Part shown: positions 25,048-33,741 of the stretch, piece after piece
How the letters are laid out: the number at the start of each line of letters is the position of its first letter
Position numbering within the stretch: the stretch's first letter is position 1
Origin: Nitrospinaceae bacterium
GTDB taxonomy: Bacteria > Nitrospinota > Nitrospinia > Nitrospinales > Nitrospinaceae
Reading direction: 5' to 3'
DNA length: 64,000 nucleotides
Assembly (NCBI GenBank): GCA_029261395.1
Contig: JAJDBJ010000080.1
Location: forward strand, 61,516 to 125,515
Position numbers and translations under genes: made by a program
Notes under the pieces: model-generated
Told to the model about the DNA's origin: nothing
What the model saw: the letters and a program-made list of their open reading frames with translations, nothing else
Database searches by the model: none

Positions 25048-26883
25048 TTAAAAGCTGTAAACAAATCCTGCGTAACCAGAAATGCCTTGAGTGCCGAACT
25101 GGAATGATTCTTCATATTTTTCGTTGAACAGGTTTTCACCACGAGCAGTCAGCTTCCAGTTTTTGTTGAGTTGATAGCTTGCCGCCGCGCGTACAATCGT
25201 TCGTTCTCCCACCACTCCGGTGCCCGATGCCATTTTGGTTCTATGGTTGACCGTAACCGTGGTGCCGATTTTTTTGTTCCAATCGTAATGCAGGCTGGAA
25301 GAAAATATGTGGCGAGGTCTTCGCGTTAACAAAGATCCATCAGTATCGTCGGTGGCTTGATTCCAGGTGTAATTCGCTGTCAGATCCAGGTTGTCCAGAA
25401 TTTTAAATTTGGCGAATCCTTCAATTCCCTTGGAAGTGGCACTCCCGATGTTCTGGGCAATGAACGTGACGAAGTCGAACACGATCAGGTTTTTATAATC
25501 CGTTTCAAAATAATTGGCCCCAACGGTAATGCGGTCTCCGACCAGTTTTTGTTCAAATCCCACTTCCCAGTTATCGCTTTCTTCGGGTTGAATGTTGGCG
25601 TTTCCGAAAAAAGGGAATAGAACCTCGTTGATGGATGGCACCCGAAACCCGGTGGCATAGGCAGCCCTTAACAGGGTGCCCCAGCTTTTGAGTTGATACG
25701 CTCCTTCCACTTTGTAGGTGAATTGATCGTCGAAACGAGAGTTCACGTCTTGACGGAATCCTGCGTTCAGAAGAACTCTATCGTCCCAGTTCAGGCGGCT
25801 CTGGAGGTAATATCCCTGTGAACGATTTTCCAGGGAGATGTTGTTGCTGTTATTGTAGCCGTTGGTCACCTGATGTTCGAAGCCGAATACGGCCGAGGCA
25901 TATTTTCCCAGCGACAAATTGTTCTGAAAATCGAGAGTGTAGGTTCGGCTTAGAATAACTGAATCTCCAAATGTGGGATCTTTAGTATCCAGCTCGTCGT
26001 AATTGAAGTTGGTATTAAGTTTGGCGTCCCACCACGAGGTAATGGATTTTTCAAGTGGCACAGCGAAATAGAAAGTTTCGCTTCGTTGAATATGATTGGG
26101 AGAATCGGATAAAACAAATGCTAAATTAAGTCCGTCAAATTCACTTCGTGATTTCGTGTAACGCCCGATGAACTCAACTCGGCCGTCTTTCAGGAAGTTA
26201 TATCCCATTCGGGAGGACAAGGTGGTGTTCTGGTAACCATCGTCTTCCGTTGCGCCCCGGTCCTCGTTGAAAGCGGAAAAGCCGTCGCTGTCGGTGCGAG
26301 AAGCAGTAGCTGAATAATCGAATTTACCCAAAGATCCGGAACTGGCAAGGGTTTCCTTGAAGGTTTCGAAACTGCCACCCTCAAAAGTGAGAGAGTGTGT
26401 GGGGTTACCTTTCCCTCTTTTGGTAACAATATTGATAACCCCACCGACCGCATCGGCTCCCCAGAGAGTGCTTTGGGGTCCACGTAAAATTTCAATACGT
26501 TCGATGTTGTCCATTTGCAGATTGGAAAAGTCGAATCCGCCAGTAGTATTGGATTTAACCTGCACACCATCAATAAGAATCAGGGTCGAGCTGGGTGCCG
26601 CTCCACGCATGAAAACGCTCGATGTTCCCCCCATCGGTCCCACGTTGACGACACCGATGCCTACCTGATCCCTCAATATATCTTTCACCTGCATGTGCTG
26701 TTTCTGCTGGATCTCTTCCTGTGTGATGATGGTCAGGGCGGAAGCCGGGTTCTCTTCTTCGATGGAAGTCCGCGTGGCGGTGATTTCAATCGCCTTCAGC
26801 TCCTCCTCGTTGTCTTCTGCGAATGCGTTCAAGGGCAATAGTAAAATGCAGGTCATCATGATAAGGGTCTTAACGAATTTCAT
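25048..26883 (-). CDS. btuB: TonB-dependent outer-membrane receptor (BtuB-like by context)
   Basis: Signal peptide, TonB-box-like AIEITATR, plug and 22-strand barrel length (611 aa), terminal aromatic residue (VYSF). Directly preceded by a cobalamin riboswitch. Confidence 0.9.
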   Translation of the reverse strand: MKFVKTLIMMTCILLLPLNAFAEDNEEELKAIEITATRTSIEEENPASALTIITQEEIQQKQHMQVKDILRDQVGIGVVNVGPMGGTSSVFMRGAAPSSTLILIDGVQVKSNTTGGFDFSNLQMDNIERIEILRGPQSTLWGADAVGGVINIVTKRGKGNPTHSLTFEGGSFETFKETLASSGSLGKFDYSATASRTDSDGFSAFNEDRGATEDDGYQNTTLSSRMGYNFLKDGRVEFIGRYTKSRSEFDGLNLAFVLSDSPNHIQRSETFYFAVPLEKSITSWWDAKLNTNFNYDELDTKDPTFGDSVILSRTYTLDFQNNLSLGKYASAVFGFEHQVTNGYNNSNNISLENRSQGYYLQSRLNWDDRVLLNAGFRQDVNSRFDDQFTYKVEGAYQLKSWGTLLRAAYATGFRVPSINEVLFPFFGNANIQPEESDNWEVGFEQKLVGDRITVGANYFETDYKNLIVFDFVTFIAQNIGSATSKGIEGFAKFKILDNLDLTANYTWNQATDDTDGSLLTRRPRHIFSSSLHYDWNKKIGTTVTVNHRTKMASGTGVVGERTIVRAAASYQLNKNWKLTARGENLFNEKYEESFQFGTQGISGYAGFVYSF

Positions 26884-26916
26884 AAACGTCCTCTCTCTCG
26901 AAGGATGATGATTAAT

Positions 26917-27059
26917 TTCCCGGACCAGGTTTCCTGACTTGGGGCGACCTACTCACCGTGCCTTCCCGTCCTTGCGGACAGTGGCCAACTACGGCTTTCG
27001 TTCCCATCACAGTTGCGGGACAGTGGCGGCTTCTCACCGCGCTTCCCTACTCCCGGGAA
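26917..27059 (-). promoter_or_regulatory. Cobalamin riboswitch aptamer (upstream of btuB)
   Basis: Minus strand reads AGGGAAGCGCGGTGAGAAGCCGCCACTGTCCCGCAACTGTGA ... GCCACTG ... GGGAAGGC ... B12 box AAGTCAGGAAACCTGG. It is closed by a 7-bp P1 helix (TTCCCGG / CCGGGAA). Confidence 0.85.
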
Positions 27060-27074
27060 TTAGAATGTGGCTCT

Positions 27075-28580
27075 TTACAAGCCGATAATACGTTTCACCT
27101 CGTTAATATTTATTGATTGTGCAACCAAATCCGCCAGTCGGTCCAACTGCTGGGAACGAAACTCCCGATAGTTGAACTGTTCTTCCGGCTGTGGCAAATT
27201 TCTTTGTTTGCGGACATAATTCAAAAACGAATCCCTTATGGGGTCGTTGTCCAGAAACCCATGCAGATAGGTGCCGATAACGTTGCCCTTTTCATTGCAC
27301 AATCCCAGGCTGTAAGGACAATCGCCATTGGAAGCCTCAAAGAGCAGGGGATAATCTTTTTCAAATTGCGTCCGGCCGGAATGTATTTCATAGCCATCCA
27401 CTTCCAGTCCTTGTTCGAAGATATGAGAGGAGAGGGTGGGGCGTATCTTCCTCCGTGTGGTTTTTTCGTGCTCCATCGTCGTGGAGGCCTGCATAAAACC
27501 GAGACCTTCTATGGCTTCAATTGGACTTTCAATATGGTGTGGATCGAACAGGTGCGTCCCCATCATTTGGAATCCACCGCATAGGCCGAGGATCAATCCT
27601 CCCTCTTCATGAAATTTTCGTGCGTATCGGTCCCATCCCATTTCCTGCATGAATTGCAGGTCGCCGATGGTGTTCTTGGTGCCGGGGAGAATCAACAGGT
27701 CCGGGTTACCGGCTTGCACCGGACTGCGGACATAACGCACCGCTACTCCAGGATCGGACACCAGCGATGAGAAGTCGGTGAAGTTCGCGATGTGCGGCAG
27801 TTGAACGATGGCAACGTCCACTACGCTGGGGTGGTTGTTCACAAGGGGTGAGCTAATGTGGGGAATGGCGTCTTCTTCATCCACGAACAGTTCTGCGTCG
27901 AAGGGAATCACACCCAAGATCGGTTTGCCGGTCATTTTCTCAAATTGTGTGATGCCGGGTGTCAATAGATCAATGTCGCCACGGAATTTATTGATGATGA
28001 ACCCGCGCACTCTCTTTTGTTCGGATTCGCTGAGCAAGTCCAGGGTCCCCTTCATCCAGGCGAACACGCCGCCGCGGTCGATGTCACCGACGACCACTAC
28101 CGGTGCATCGGCCATCTCCGCCATCGCCATGTTGACCATGTCGTGTTGACGCAAGTTTATTTCGGCGGGTGATCCAGCACCTTCCATGACGACGAGTTCG
28201 TACTTGTTCTTTAACGTATCGAAAGCGCCTGCGACTTCTTTCACGAAACTTGGACGGTCTGCGTAATAATCCTTCGCGTTGCGTTGTCCCACCACCTTGC
28301 CCATGACAATGACCTGCGAATTGTTATCCGCGTTGGGTTTGAGTAAGATGGGGTTCATGGTGACATGCGGCGCAATACCACAGGCTTCGGCCTGAAACAC
28401 CTGGGCGCGGCCAATTTCCCCACCATCTTCGGTGACATAGGAGTTCAGGGACATGTTCTGCGCCTTGAACGGGGCGACTTTGTGTCCCTCGCGATAAAAA
28501 ATCCGACACAAAGCGGCAGTGATAATGCTTTTACCCACTCCTGAACCGGTGCCCTGAATCATTAACGTTTTGGCGCTCAT
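27075..28580 (-). CDS. cobQ: Cobyric acid synthase
   Basis: Start set at the ATG at 28580 (MSAKTLMIQGTGSGVGKS), giving 501 aa. FKAQNMSLNS, MNPILLKP, GATase motif GLCGGFQMMG. The listed ORF's N-terminal 140 codons overlap the permease gene in another frame. ATGA overlap with btuC. Confidence 0.93.
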   Translation of the reverse strand: MSAKTLMIQGTGSGVGKSIITAALCRIFYREGHKVAPFKAQNMSLNSYVTEDGGEIGRAQVFQAEACGIAPHVTMNPILLKPNADNNSQVIVMGKVVGQRNAKDYYADRPSFVKEVAGAFDTLKNKYELVVMEGAGSPAEINLRQHDMVNMAMAEMADAPVVVVGDIDRGGVFAWMKGTLDLLSESEQKRVRGFIINKFRGDIDLLTPGITQFEKMTGKPILGVIPFDAELFVDEEDAIPHISSPLVNNHPSVVDVAIVQLPHIANFTDFSSLVSDPGVAVRYVRSPVQAGNPDLLILPGTKNTIGDLQFMQEMGWDRYARKFHEEGGLILGLCGGFQMMGTHLFDPHHIESPIEAIEGLGFMQASTTMEHEKTTRRKIRPTLSSHIFEQGLEVDGYEIHSGRTQFEKDYPLLFEASNGDCPYSLGLCNEKGNVIGTYLHGFLDNDPIRDSFLNYVRKQRNLPQPEEQFNYREFRSQQLDRLADLVAQSININEVKRIIGL

Positions 28581-29614
28581 ACGTTCCCCCGCTTGTTTTG
28601 CCGTTTCAACAGCCAGACGAAAAAGGGACCCCCGAGCATGGCGGTGATCACTCCCACCGGAATTTCTGCCGGGGCGATGAGGGTGCGTCCTACGGTGTCG
28701 CACAGGATCAAAAAGCTCGCGCCGAAGAACATGGAACAGGGAATCAACAAGCGTAAATCCGGTCCAACGATGAGACGAACCATATGCGGTACGATCAACC
28801 CGACAAATCCGATGGGACCACTGATGGCCACCACGGTGCCAGTGATCAGCGATGCCAGGATGAAGCCGATTTTCTGAGTCCGTACAACATCGACTCCCCG
28901 GCTCATCGCGGATTGCACTCCAGCGCTGATCAGGTTCATATCGCGCGATACGTAGATGAGACCGCCGATGCCTACAATCACAAAGGGGCAGATCGACCAC
29001 ACGGTCTGGTAATCGGTGATGTCGAGGCCGCCCATCAGCCAGCGGACGATTTGGAACGATTGTGTGAAGTCCGACATGTAGTGAATGAACATCACCATGG
29101 AAGCGAAAAAGAAATTGGCGGTCACTCCCGCAAGCAGGAGGATGGAAGTCGGGAAATCGCCGTAACGGGTTTTCACCAGGCCGAACACCAGGTACATGGT
29201 TCCCAAGGCCCCCAAAAACGCCGCGATTGATAAGGTGGAGATTCCTAAAATGGTGAAGTTAAGTCCCAGGCTGATGGCGATTACTGCTCCTAAGGACGCG
29301 CCGCTGGAAACTCCCAGAGTAAAGGGCGCCGCCAGGTCGTTGCGCAAGAGGGCTTGAAATACCGCTCCCGTTACCGATAACGCCGCGCCGGTGACTGCTC
29401 CCAGAAGGATGCGGGGAATACGGGCCAGAAACAGGATGTCGGCGTCCACGTTACCGGTGGAACCGATTCCACCCGACAAGGCTTTGCCAAGATCAATCGT
29501 GGTGGGGCCGATCAAAGGGGCGATGATGAGTGTGGCCAGGAATATCAGAAAGAACAGACCGATGCCTGTGGCGAATTTCCGGGAGCTCGTGATAGTCGGG
29601 TTCAATTCGCTCAT
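28577..29614 (-). CDS. btuC: FecCD-family ABC permease (BtuC-like)
   Basis: 345 aa multi-pass protein with a typical FecCD pattern (ARIPRILLGAVTGAALS..., GPIGFVGLIVPHMVRL). Confidence 0.9.
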   Translation of the reverse strand: MSELNPTITSSRKFATGIGLFFLIFLATLIIAPLIGPTTIDLGKALSGGIGSTGNVDADILFLARIPRILLGAVTGAALSVTGAVFQALLRNDLAAPFTLGVSSGASLGAVIAISLGLNFTILGISTLSIAAFLGALGTMYLVFGLVKTRYGDFPTSILLLAGVTANFFFASMVMFIHYMSDFTQSFQIVRWLMGGLDITDYQTVWSICPFVIVGIGGLIYVSRDMNLISAGVQSAMSRGVDVVRTQKIGFILASLITGTVVAISGPIGFVGLIVPHMVRLIVGPDLRLLIPCSMFFGASFLILCDTVGRTLIAPAEIPVGVITAMLGGPFFVWLLKRQNKRGNV

Positions 29615-30414
29615 GAGGACTCCGGGACGACCAGCAGGCTACCGTCTTCGTCGTCTTGAAATATTTTGACTTTCACTTCGTACACGTCTTCCAGAATTTC
29701 TTTTTTCAGAACTTCGGCGGGTGTTCCCTCGCAAAATACCTGGCCCTTTTTCAGGAGAATCAGCCGTTTGCAGAATTTCGAGGCCAGATGCAGATCGTGC
29801 ATGGCCAGGATGAGCGATTTGTTTTCATCCTCATTCAGACGCTTTAAAATATTGAGGACTTCGATCTGGTATTTGATGTCCAGCGCCGAGGTGGGTTCAT
29901 CGAGAAGCATCACATCCGGTTTCTGAGAGATGGCGCTGGCGATCATGACCCTCTGCTTTTCGCCGCCGCTGATTTCATTGAAACTCCGCTGGGCAAACTC
30001 GAGAACCTGGGTTTGCTTCATGGCATCTTCTGCGATCTGGTAGTCGTCTTTCCCTTCAAAGGACAGTGGCGAAAGATAAGGGTGGCGTCCCATCAGCACG
30101 ATGTCGATCACTTTAAAGGGGAAGGCCATCTGCTTTTCCTGGGGAATCCAGGCGATCGATACGGCCAGTTCCTTTTTTTTGTAATGGCTCAACTCGCGGT
30201 TTTTAAAGAAGACCGTTTCAGAGGCGGAGGGCAGGATGCCGCCGATCAATTTGAGCAGGGTCGACTTGCCGGAACCGTTGGGCCCGATGACACCGGTGAA
30301 TTCTCCCGCCTGAAAGTTGAGCGAGATATTACTGAGTACCGGCTCCTCCGTATAGGCGAAGGTGAGGCCCTGGGTTGCGATCATGGCTGATGATACCTGG
30401 GTTTCTATCGTCAT
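29611..30414 (-). CDS. btuD: ABC transporter ATP-binding protein (BtuD/FepC-like)
   Basis: Walker A GPNGSGKSTL, signature SGGEKQR, Walker B MLLDEP. Confidence 0.92.
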   Translation of the reverse strand: MTIETQVSSAMIATQGLTFAYTEEPVLSNISLNFQAGEFTGVIGPNGSGKSTLLKLIGGILPSASETVFFKNRELSHYKKKELAVSIAWIPQEKQMAFPFKVIDIVLMGRHPYLSPLSFEGKDDYQIAEDAMKQTQVLEFAQRSFNEISGGEKQRVMIASAISQKPDVMLLDEPTSALDIKYQIEVLNILKRLNEDENKSLILAMHDLHLASKFCKRLILLKKGQVFCEGTPAEVLKKEILEDVYEVKVKIFQDDEDGSLLVVPESS

Positions 30415-30418
30415 GGTT

Positions 30419-31324
30419 TCAATCCTTAAACGCTTCCGGATGAATCACCCGGGCGAAATGATTCAGGATATTCAGAAACCGGGGGCCGGGAATGAGAATG
30501 TAATCGGCCCCGACAAAATAAATAGTTTTGTTTCTGACGGCAGTTAACGTGGGGAACCGTTCCCATTGTTTGAGTTTTTCAGCTTTTTCCTGTGGAGTTA
30601 TGTTGGCATGAGGACCGGCCTGGATGATGACCTCCGGCGAATGCCGCAAAATATATTCTTTCGAGATTTTGGGGTAATTGATGGTGGGATCGGTGAGAAT
30701 ATTTTTCCCGCCCGCCAAGTCCAGCAGTTCTCCGAGAAATGTGCCGGGTCCAACGGCGTATAACGCGCCGTTGGGGTCACCGCCTTCGTTCAATAAAAGC
30801 AGAGTGGATTTTTTTGGAACGTCCTTGAGGCGCGATTTTTGGCTTTGGATTCCAGCCTGCAGTTTTTGAATCAACGCATCGGCGGCAGGTTTGGCTCCCA
30901 GCACCTTGCCGAAGGTGTTTATGGTTTCTAAAATGTTTTTCAGGCGATTCATCGAAATGGCGAGAGTTTTGATACCCAGATTGCGCGCATTGATCCGCAA
31001 TTTATGGCTGTCGTCCTGGTGGATGATCAAATCCGGTTTGAGCCGGATCCAGGATTCGACACTGGGATTCAGCAGGCCGCCGATTTTGGGCAGGGCACAG
31101 GCTTCTTTCGGATAGGAACAAAAATCGGTGACGCCGACCACACGGTCACCCACACCCAGGGCGAACAGGCTTTCGGTGATTGAGGGTGACATGGAAATGA
31201 TACGCTGAGGATATTCCGGATTAGCCCACGCAAACTCGACCCAAAGGACGAGAATAGCGAACGAGATGAGGGAGATGCGTTTCAATAGCCCCGGTGCCAC
31301 GCAGGGAGTGTATTGGCCGACCAT
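30419..31324 (-). CDS. btuF: Periplasmic binding protein (BtuF-like, cluster A-2)
   Basis: Signal peptide, RIISMSPSITE and PDLII motifs of the Peripla_BP_2 family. First gene after a cobalamin riboswitch. Confidence 0.88.
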   Translation of the reverse strand: MVGQYTPCVAPGLLKRISLISFAILVLWVEFAWANPEYPQRIISMSPSITESLFALGVGDRVVGVTDFCSYPKEACALPKIGGLLNPSVESWIRLKPDLIIHQDDSHKLRINARNLGIKTLAISMNRLKNILETINTFGKVLGAKPAADALIQKLQAGIQSQKSRLKDVPKKSTLLLLNEGGDPNGALYAVGPGTFLGELLDLAGGKNILTDPTINYPKISKEYILRHSPEVIIQAGPHANITPQEKAEKLKQWERFPTLTAVRNKTIYFVGADYILIPGPRFLNILNHFARVIHPEAFKD

Positions 31325-31358
31325 GAATTTGACTCCTGCTCGGAGACCCGGAAGGCCA

Positions 31359-31388
31359 ATAAAAAACCCTTTCCGGGAGGAAAGGGGG
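31359..31388 (-). terminator. Intrinsic terminator forming the expression platform of the second cobalamin riboswitch
   Basis: Minus strand: CCCTTTCC-TCCC-GGAAAGGG followed by TTTTTTATT. It lies between the aptamer and the btuF start codon. Confidence 0.75.
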
Positions 31389-31433
31389 AATTATGCCCTT
31401 CACCTCTCAGGTTCCGAAGAGTGTGTGAAGCCG

Positions 31434-31578
31434 GTTCAGACAGGCTTTCTGACTTCCGGATCGGCCTAATACCTGCGCCTTCCCGTTTCCTTGGAAACAG
31501 TGGCTTCGAGCAGGGTTCGTCCCCGGTTACAGCGGCGGGCCCGCGACGGATTTGCACCGTCTTTCCTTACATCTGAAC
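31434..31578 (-). promoter_or_regulatory. Cobalamin riboswitch aptamer (upstream of btuF-btuD-btuC-cobQ)
   Basis: Minus strand reads AGGAAAGACGGTGCAAATCCGTCGCGGGCCCGCCGCTGTAACCGGGGACGAA ... GCCACTG ... GGGAAGGCGC ... B12 box AAGTCAGAAAGCCTGTC. 7-bp P1 helix GTTCAGA / TCTGAAC. Confidence 0.85.
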
Positions 31579-31654
31579 ACGAACAATTGTACTGGGCGCC
31601 AGCATATCAGAAGGCCCCGGACTGTCAATAGAATTCGGGAGAGTTGGGAAGGGA

Positions 31655-32311
31655 TCAGTCAGATTCAAAAAATTGGGTGAGGTCGGCAATGTTATCGGCA
31701 TTGACTTCGTGGCTCTGGGAGGTTTCCTTCTTGGTGAGTCGATGCCCCTGGCCTTCCAATTCTTCGAGTGCGTGCTCTGCGAGAAACGAGGGGACAACAT
31801 CATCATTGAGTCCATAGATACCCAGGATGGAAGTATTGTTTGTCGGTTTCGAACCGTTGTCGGGCATTTCCGGGAGGAAACCGCACACCGAGGCCACCTT
31901 GTGCAACGGGCGGGCTCCCAACATGGAATAGACTAATGCCGCCGCGCCACCCTGAGAGAATCCCCACATGGAGGTTTTGGGGGCATGGTCGGTCAACTCC
32001 TTCAAGTGGCGGTGCGCTTCGTCGACCATCTGAGTGGTGTAATCCAGGAAATGAGTGACCGCTTCTTTCTGGTGTGGTCCGTCCTTCCACCAACTCCATA
32101 GTCCTTCTCCGGCATCGGTCGGCCCTTCGGGATAAACGAAGACTGTATTGTTCAGTTTGAGTTTGTTGCCATGGATCAACATGTTCTCCGGCGTGGAGTC
32201 TGCCCCGTGAAATCCGATCAACAGGCGCGGAGGCTGATCGGAGTTCAATTCCGATTCGCCAATGATTATTTTTTTGTTATTCCATTGGGCGTTTTTGTAA
32301 TGGACAGTCAT
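31655..32311 (-). CDS. Alpha/beta hydrolase (phospholipase/carboxylesterase family)
   Basis: Nucleophile elbow GFSQGGA. Downstream Asp (GLNDDVV) and His (SHEV) candidates. 218 aa. Confidence 0.8.
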   Translation of the reverse strand: MTVHYKNAQWNNKKIIIGESELNSDQPPRLLIGFHGADSTPENMLIHGNKLKLNNTVFVYPEGPTDAGEGLWSWWKDGPHQKEAVTHFLDYTTQMVDEAHRHLKELTDHAPKTSMWGFSQGGAAALVYSMLGARPLHKVASVCGFLPEMPDNGSKPTNNTSILGIYGLNDDVVPSFLAEHALEELEGQGHRLTKKETSQSHEVNADNIADLTQFFESD

Positions 32312-33666
32312 TCGGTCAACTCCACCTGCGATGTGATCAATTCTCTTGCCAATTGCTCCGCTTCCTCAGAGGTTTGGATTATACCCAAAACCCGCGCTTC
32401 TTCCACCTTTTCCAGAATGAACCGGAACCGGGGTGAGGGAGTCAGTTTGAGTTTAGTGATTAAGACGTCGCCAGTCAAAAGGAGGGGGCGGCTTTGTGCC
32501 GGTAGATATGTTTCGATGTAAAAATCGAGAATCCGATTGATTAAGGGAATGAAATATTTAATATCCTCCTGGTTTCCCAATCGAACTGCGAAGGATAATA
32601 GTAACGAAGAAATCAGTTCATTGCCACTTCGATAAATAAATTGATAAACGGTCGAATCTTGCTTGAAGCCACCACTGGCACTGTGGGTTCCCGAAAGTAC
32701 AATCTCGGAAAATTTAAGAGTTCGGTAGACAAATTGGATCGCGGGATTGCTCAACCTGAATAATTTGAGAAGTTCAGTTGCGTCGAAGGCCGGATTCGTC
32801 ATCAAAGGGCGAATCAACGTAGACCATTTCAATAAGGCGTAGTGATTATTCTTAGAAATATAGCCCTTGATCCATTGAGCGTGTTTTTCTAAAAAATGGT
32901 CCGGTTGTAGAAGGAGGTTTTCCAGCTCCGTAAAAATATTGCGTGTGTCGTCCCATTGGGTTGTGCCGGGCAGATGGCCCGGCGTCGTTTGTAATTCCAC
33001 GATTCCCGGAAAAAGGCCATCCATCAAACCGGTAGAGTTCATCAGGTCGAGCTGAGACCGGGTGGCTCCCAAAAAAATGAGAAGCTCATAAGTGATCCTT
33101 TCCTGAGCGACTTCACTGAGTTTGGATTTGTGAGCTTGGATTTGTGCAAGAGTTTTCGGTTCGATGTCGAAACCCAGTGTGCTGGAAAAACGAAACGCGC
33201 GGAGTAGTCGTAGCGGATCTTCTTCAAAAGCCCGGCCTGAAACCATTCGGATGACTTGATGGCTTAGATCGTTCTTTCCATTAAAAGGATCGATCCAATT
33301 TGTTTTTCCGGCAATGAAGTCCGGTAGGGAAACGGCTATCGCATTGATCGTGAAATCGCGCTGAGCGAGGTCTTCTTCGATTGTCTGACCCTGCAGGGTG
33401 GTGAAGTCGAAATATAAACTGGGGTGTAGTACGACTCGGTAAGTTTCGTGGCCGGGCGTTTCGTCCAGAGGGATCAGTGTCCGTTGGACCTTTTGAGCCC
33501 ATTGGTGTGCGATTTCCGGGGCCTGCGACGAAGTGAAATCGTAGTCTTTGCAGGGTCTCTTGAGGAGATGGTCACGAATCGTCCCGCCGACAAGGTATAT
33601 CAAGCTCTCCAACTGTAGGGCGAACTGATTTATATCTTCCAAATGTGCTTTTATCGTTGGTTCCAT
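32308..33666 (-). CDS. cca: CCA-adding tRNA nucleotidyltransferase / poly(A) polymerase family
   Basis: LVGGTIRD and DYDF head-domain motifs, RDFTINA, RLLRAFRF. Confidence 0.85.
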   Translation of the reverse strand: MEPTIKAHLEDINQFALQLESLIYLVGGTIRDHLLKRPCKDYDFTSSQAPEIAHQWAQKVQRTLIPLDETPGHETYRVVLHPSLYFDFTTLQGQTIEEDLAQRDFTINAIAVSLPDFIAGKTNWIDPFNGKNDLSHQVIRMVSGRAFEEDPLRLLRAFRFSSTLGFDIEPKTLAQIQAHKSKLSEVAQERITYELLIFLGATRSQLDLMNSTGLMDGLFPGIVELQTTPGHLPGTTQWDDTRNIFTELENLLLQPDHFLEKHAQWIKGYISKNNHYALLKWSTLIRPLMTNPAFDATELLKLFRLSNPAIQFVYRTLKFSEIVLSGTHSASGGFKQDSTVYQFIYRSGNELISSLLLSFAVRLGNQEDIKYFIPLINRILDFYIETYLPAQSRPLLLTGDVLITKLKLTPSPRFRFILEKVEEARVLGIIQTSEEAEQLARELITSQVELTE

Positions 33667-33741
33667 GGAATCGGGTTGGGAGAGTTATTTAATGATTTTA
33701 TAATATCAGTTCGAAGGAGTAAAACCAAAGGAGGAACTTCT

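Noticed and set aside
28581-29000. N-terminal 140 codons of the listed 641-aa ORF (cobQ frame)
   Set aside because: This part overlaps the FecCD permease gene in another frame and has an Arg/His-rich nonsense composition. The CobQ homology begins at MSAKTLMIQGTGSG (ATG at 28580), which also gives the usual ATGA coupling.
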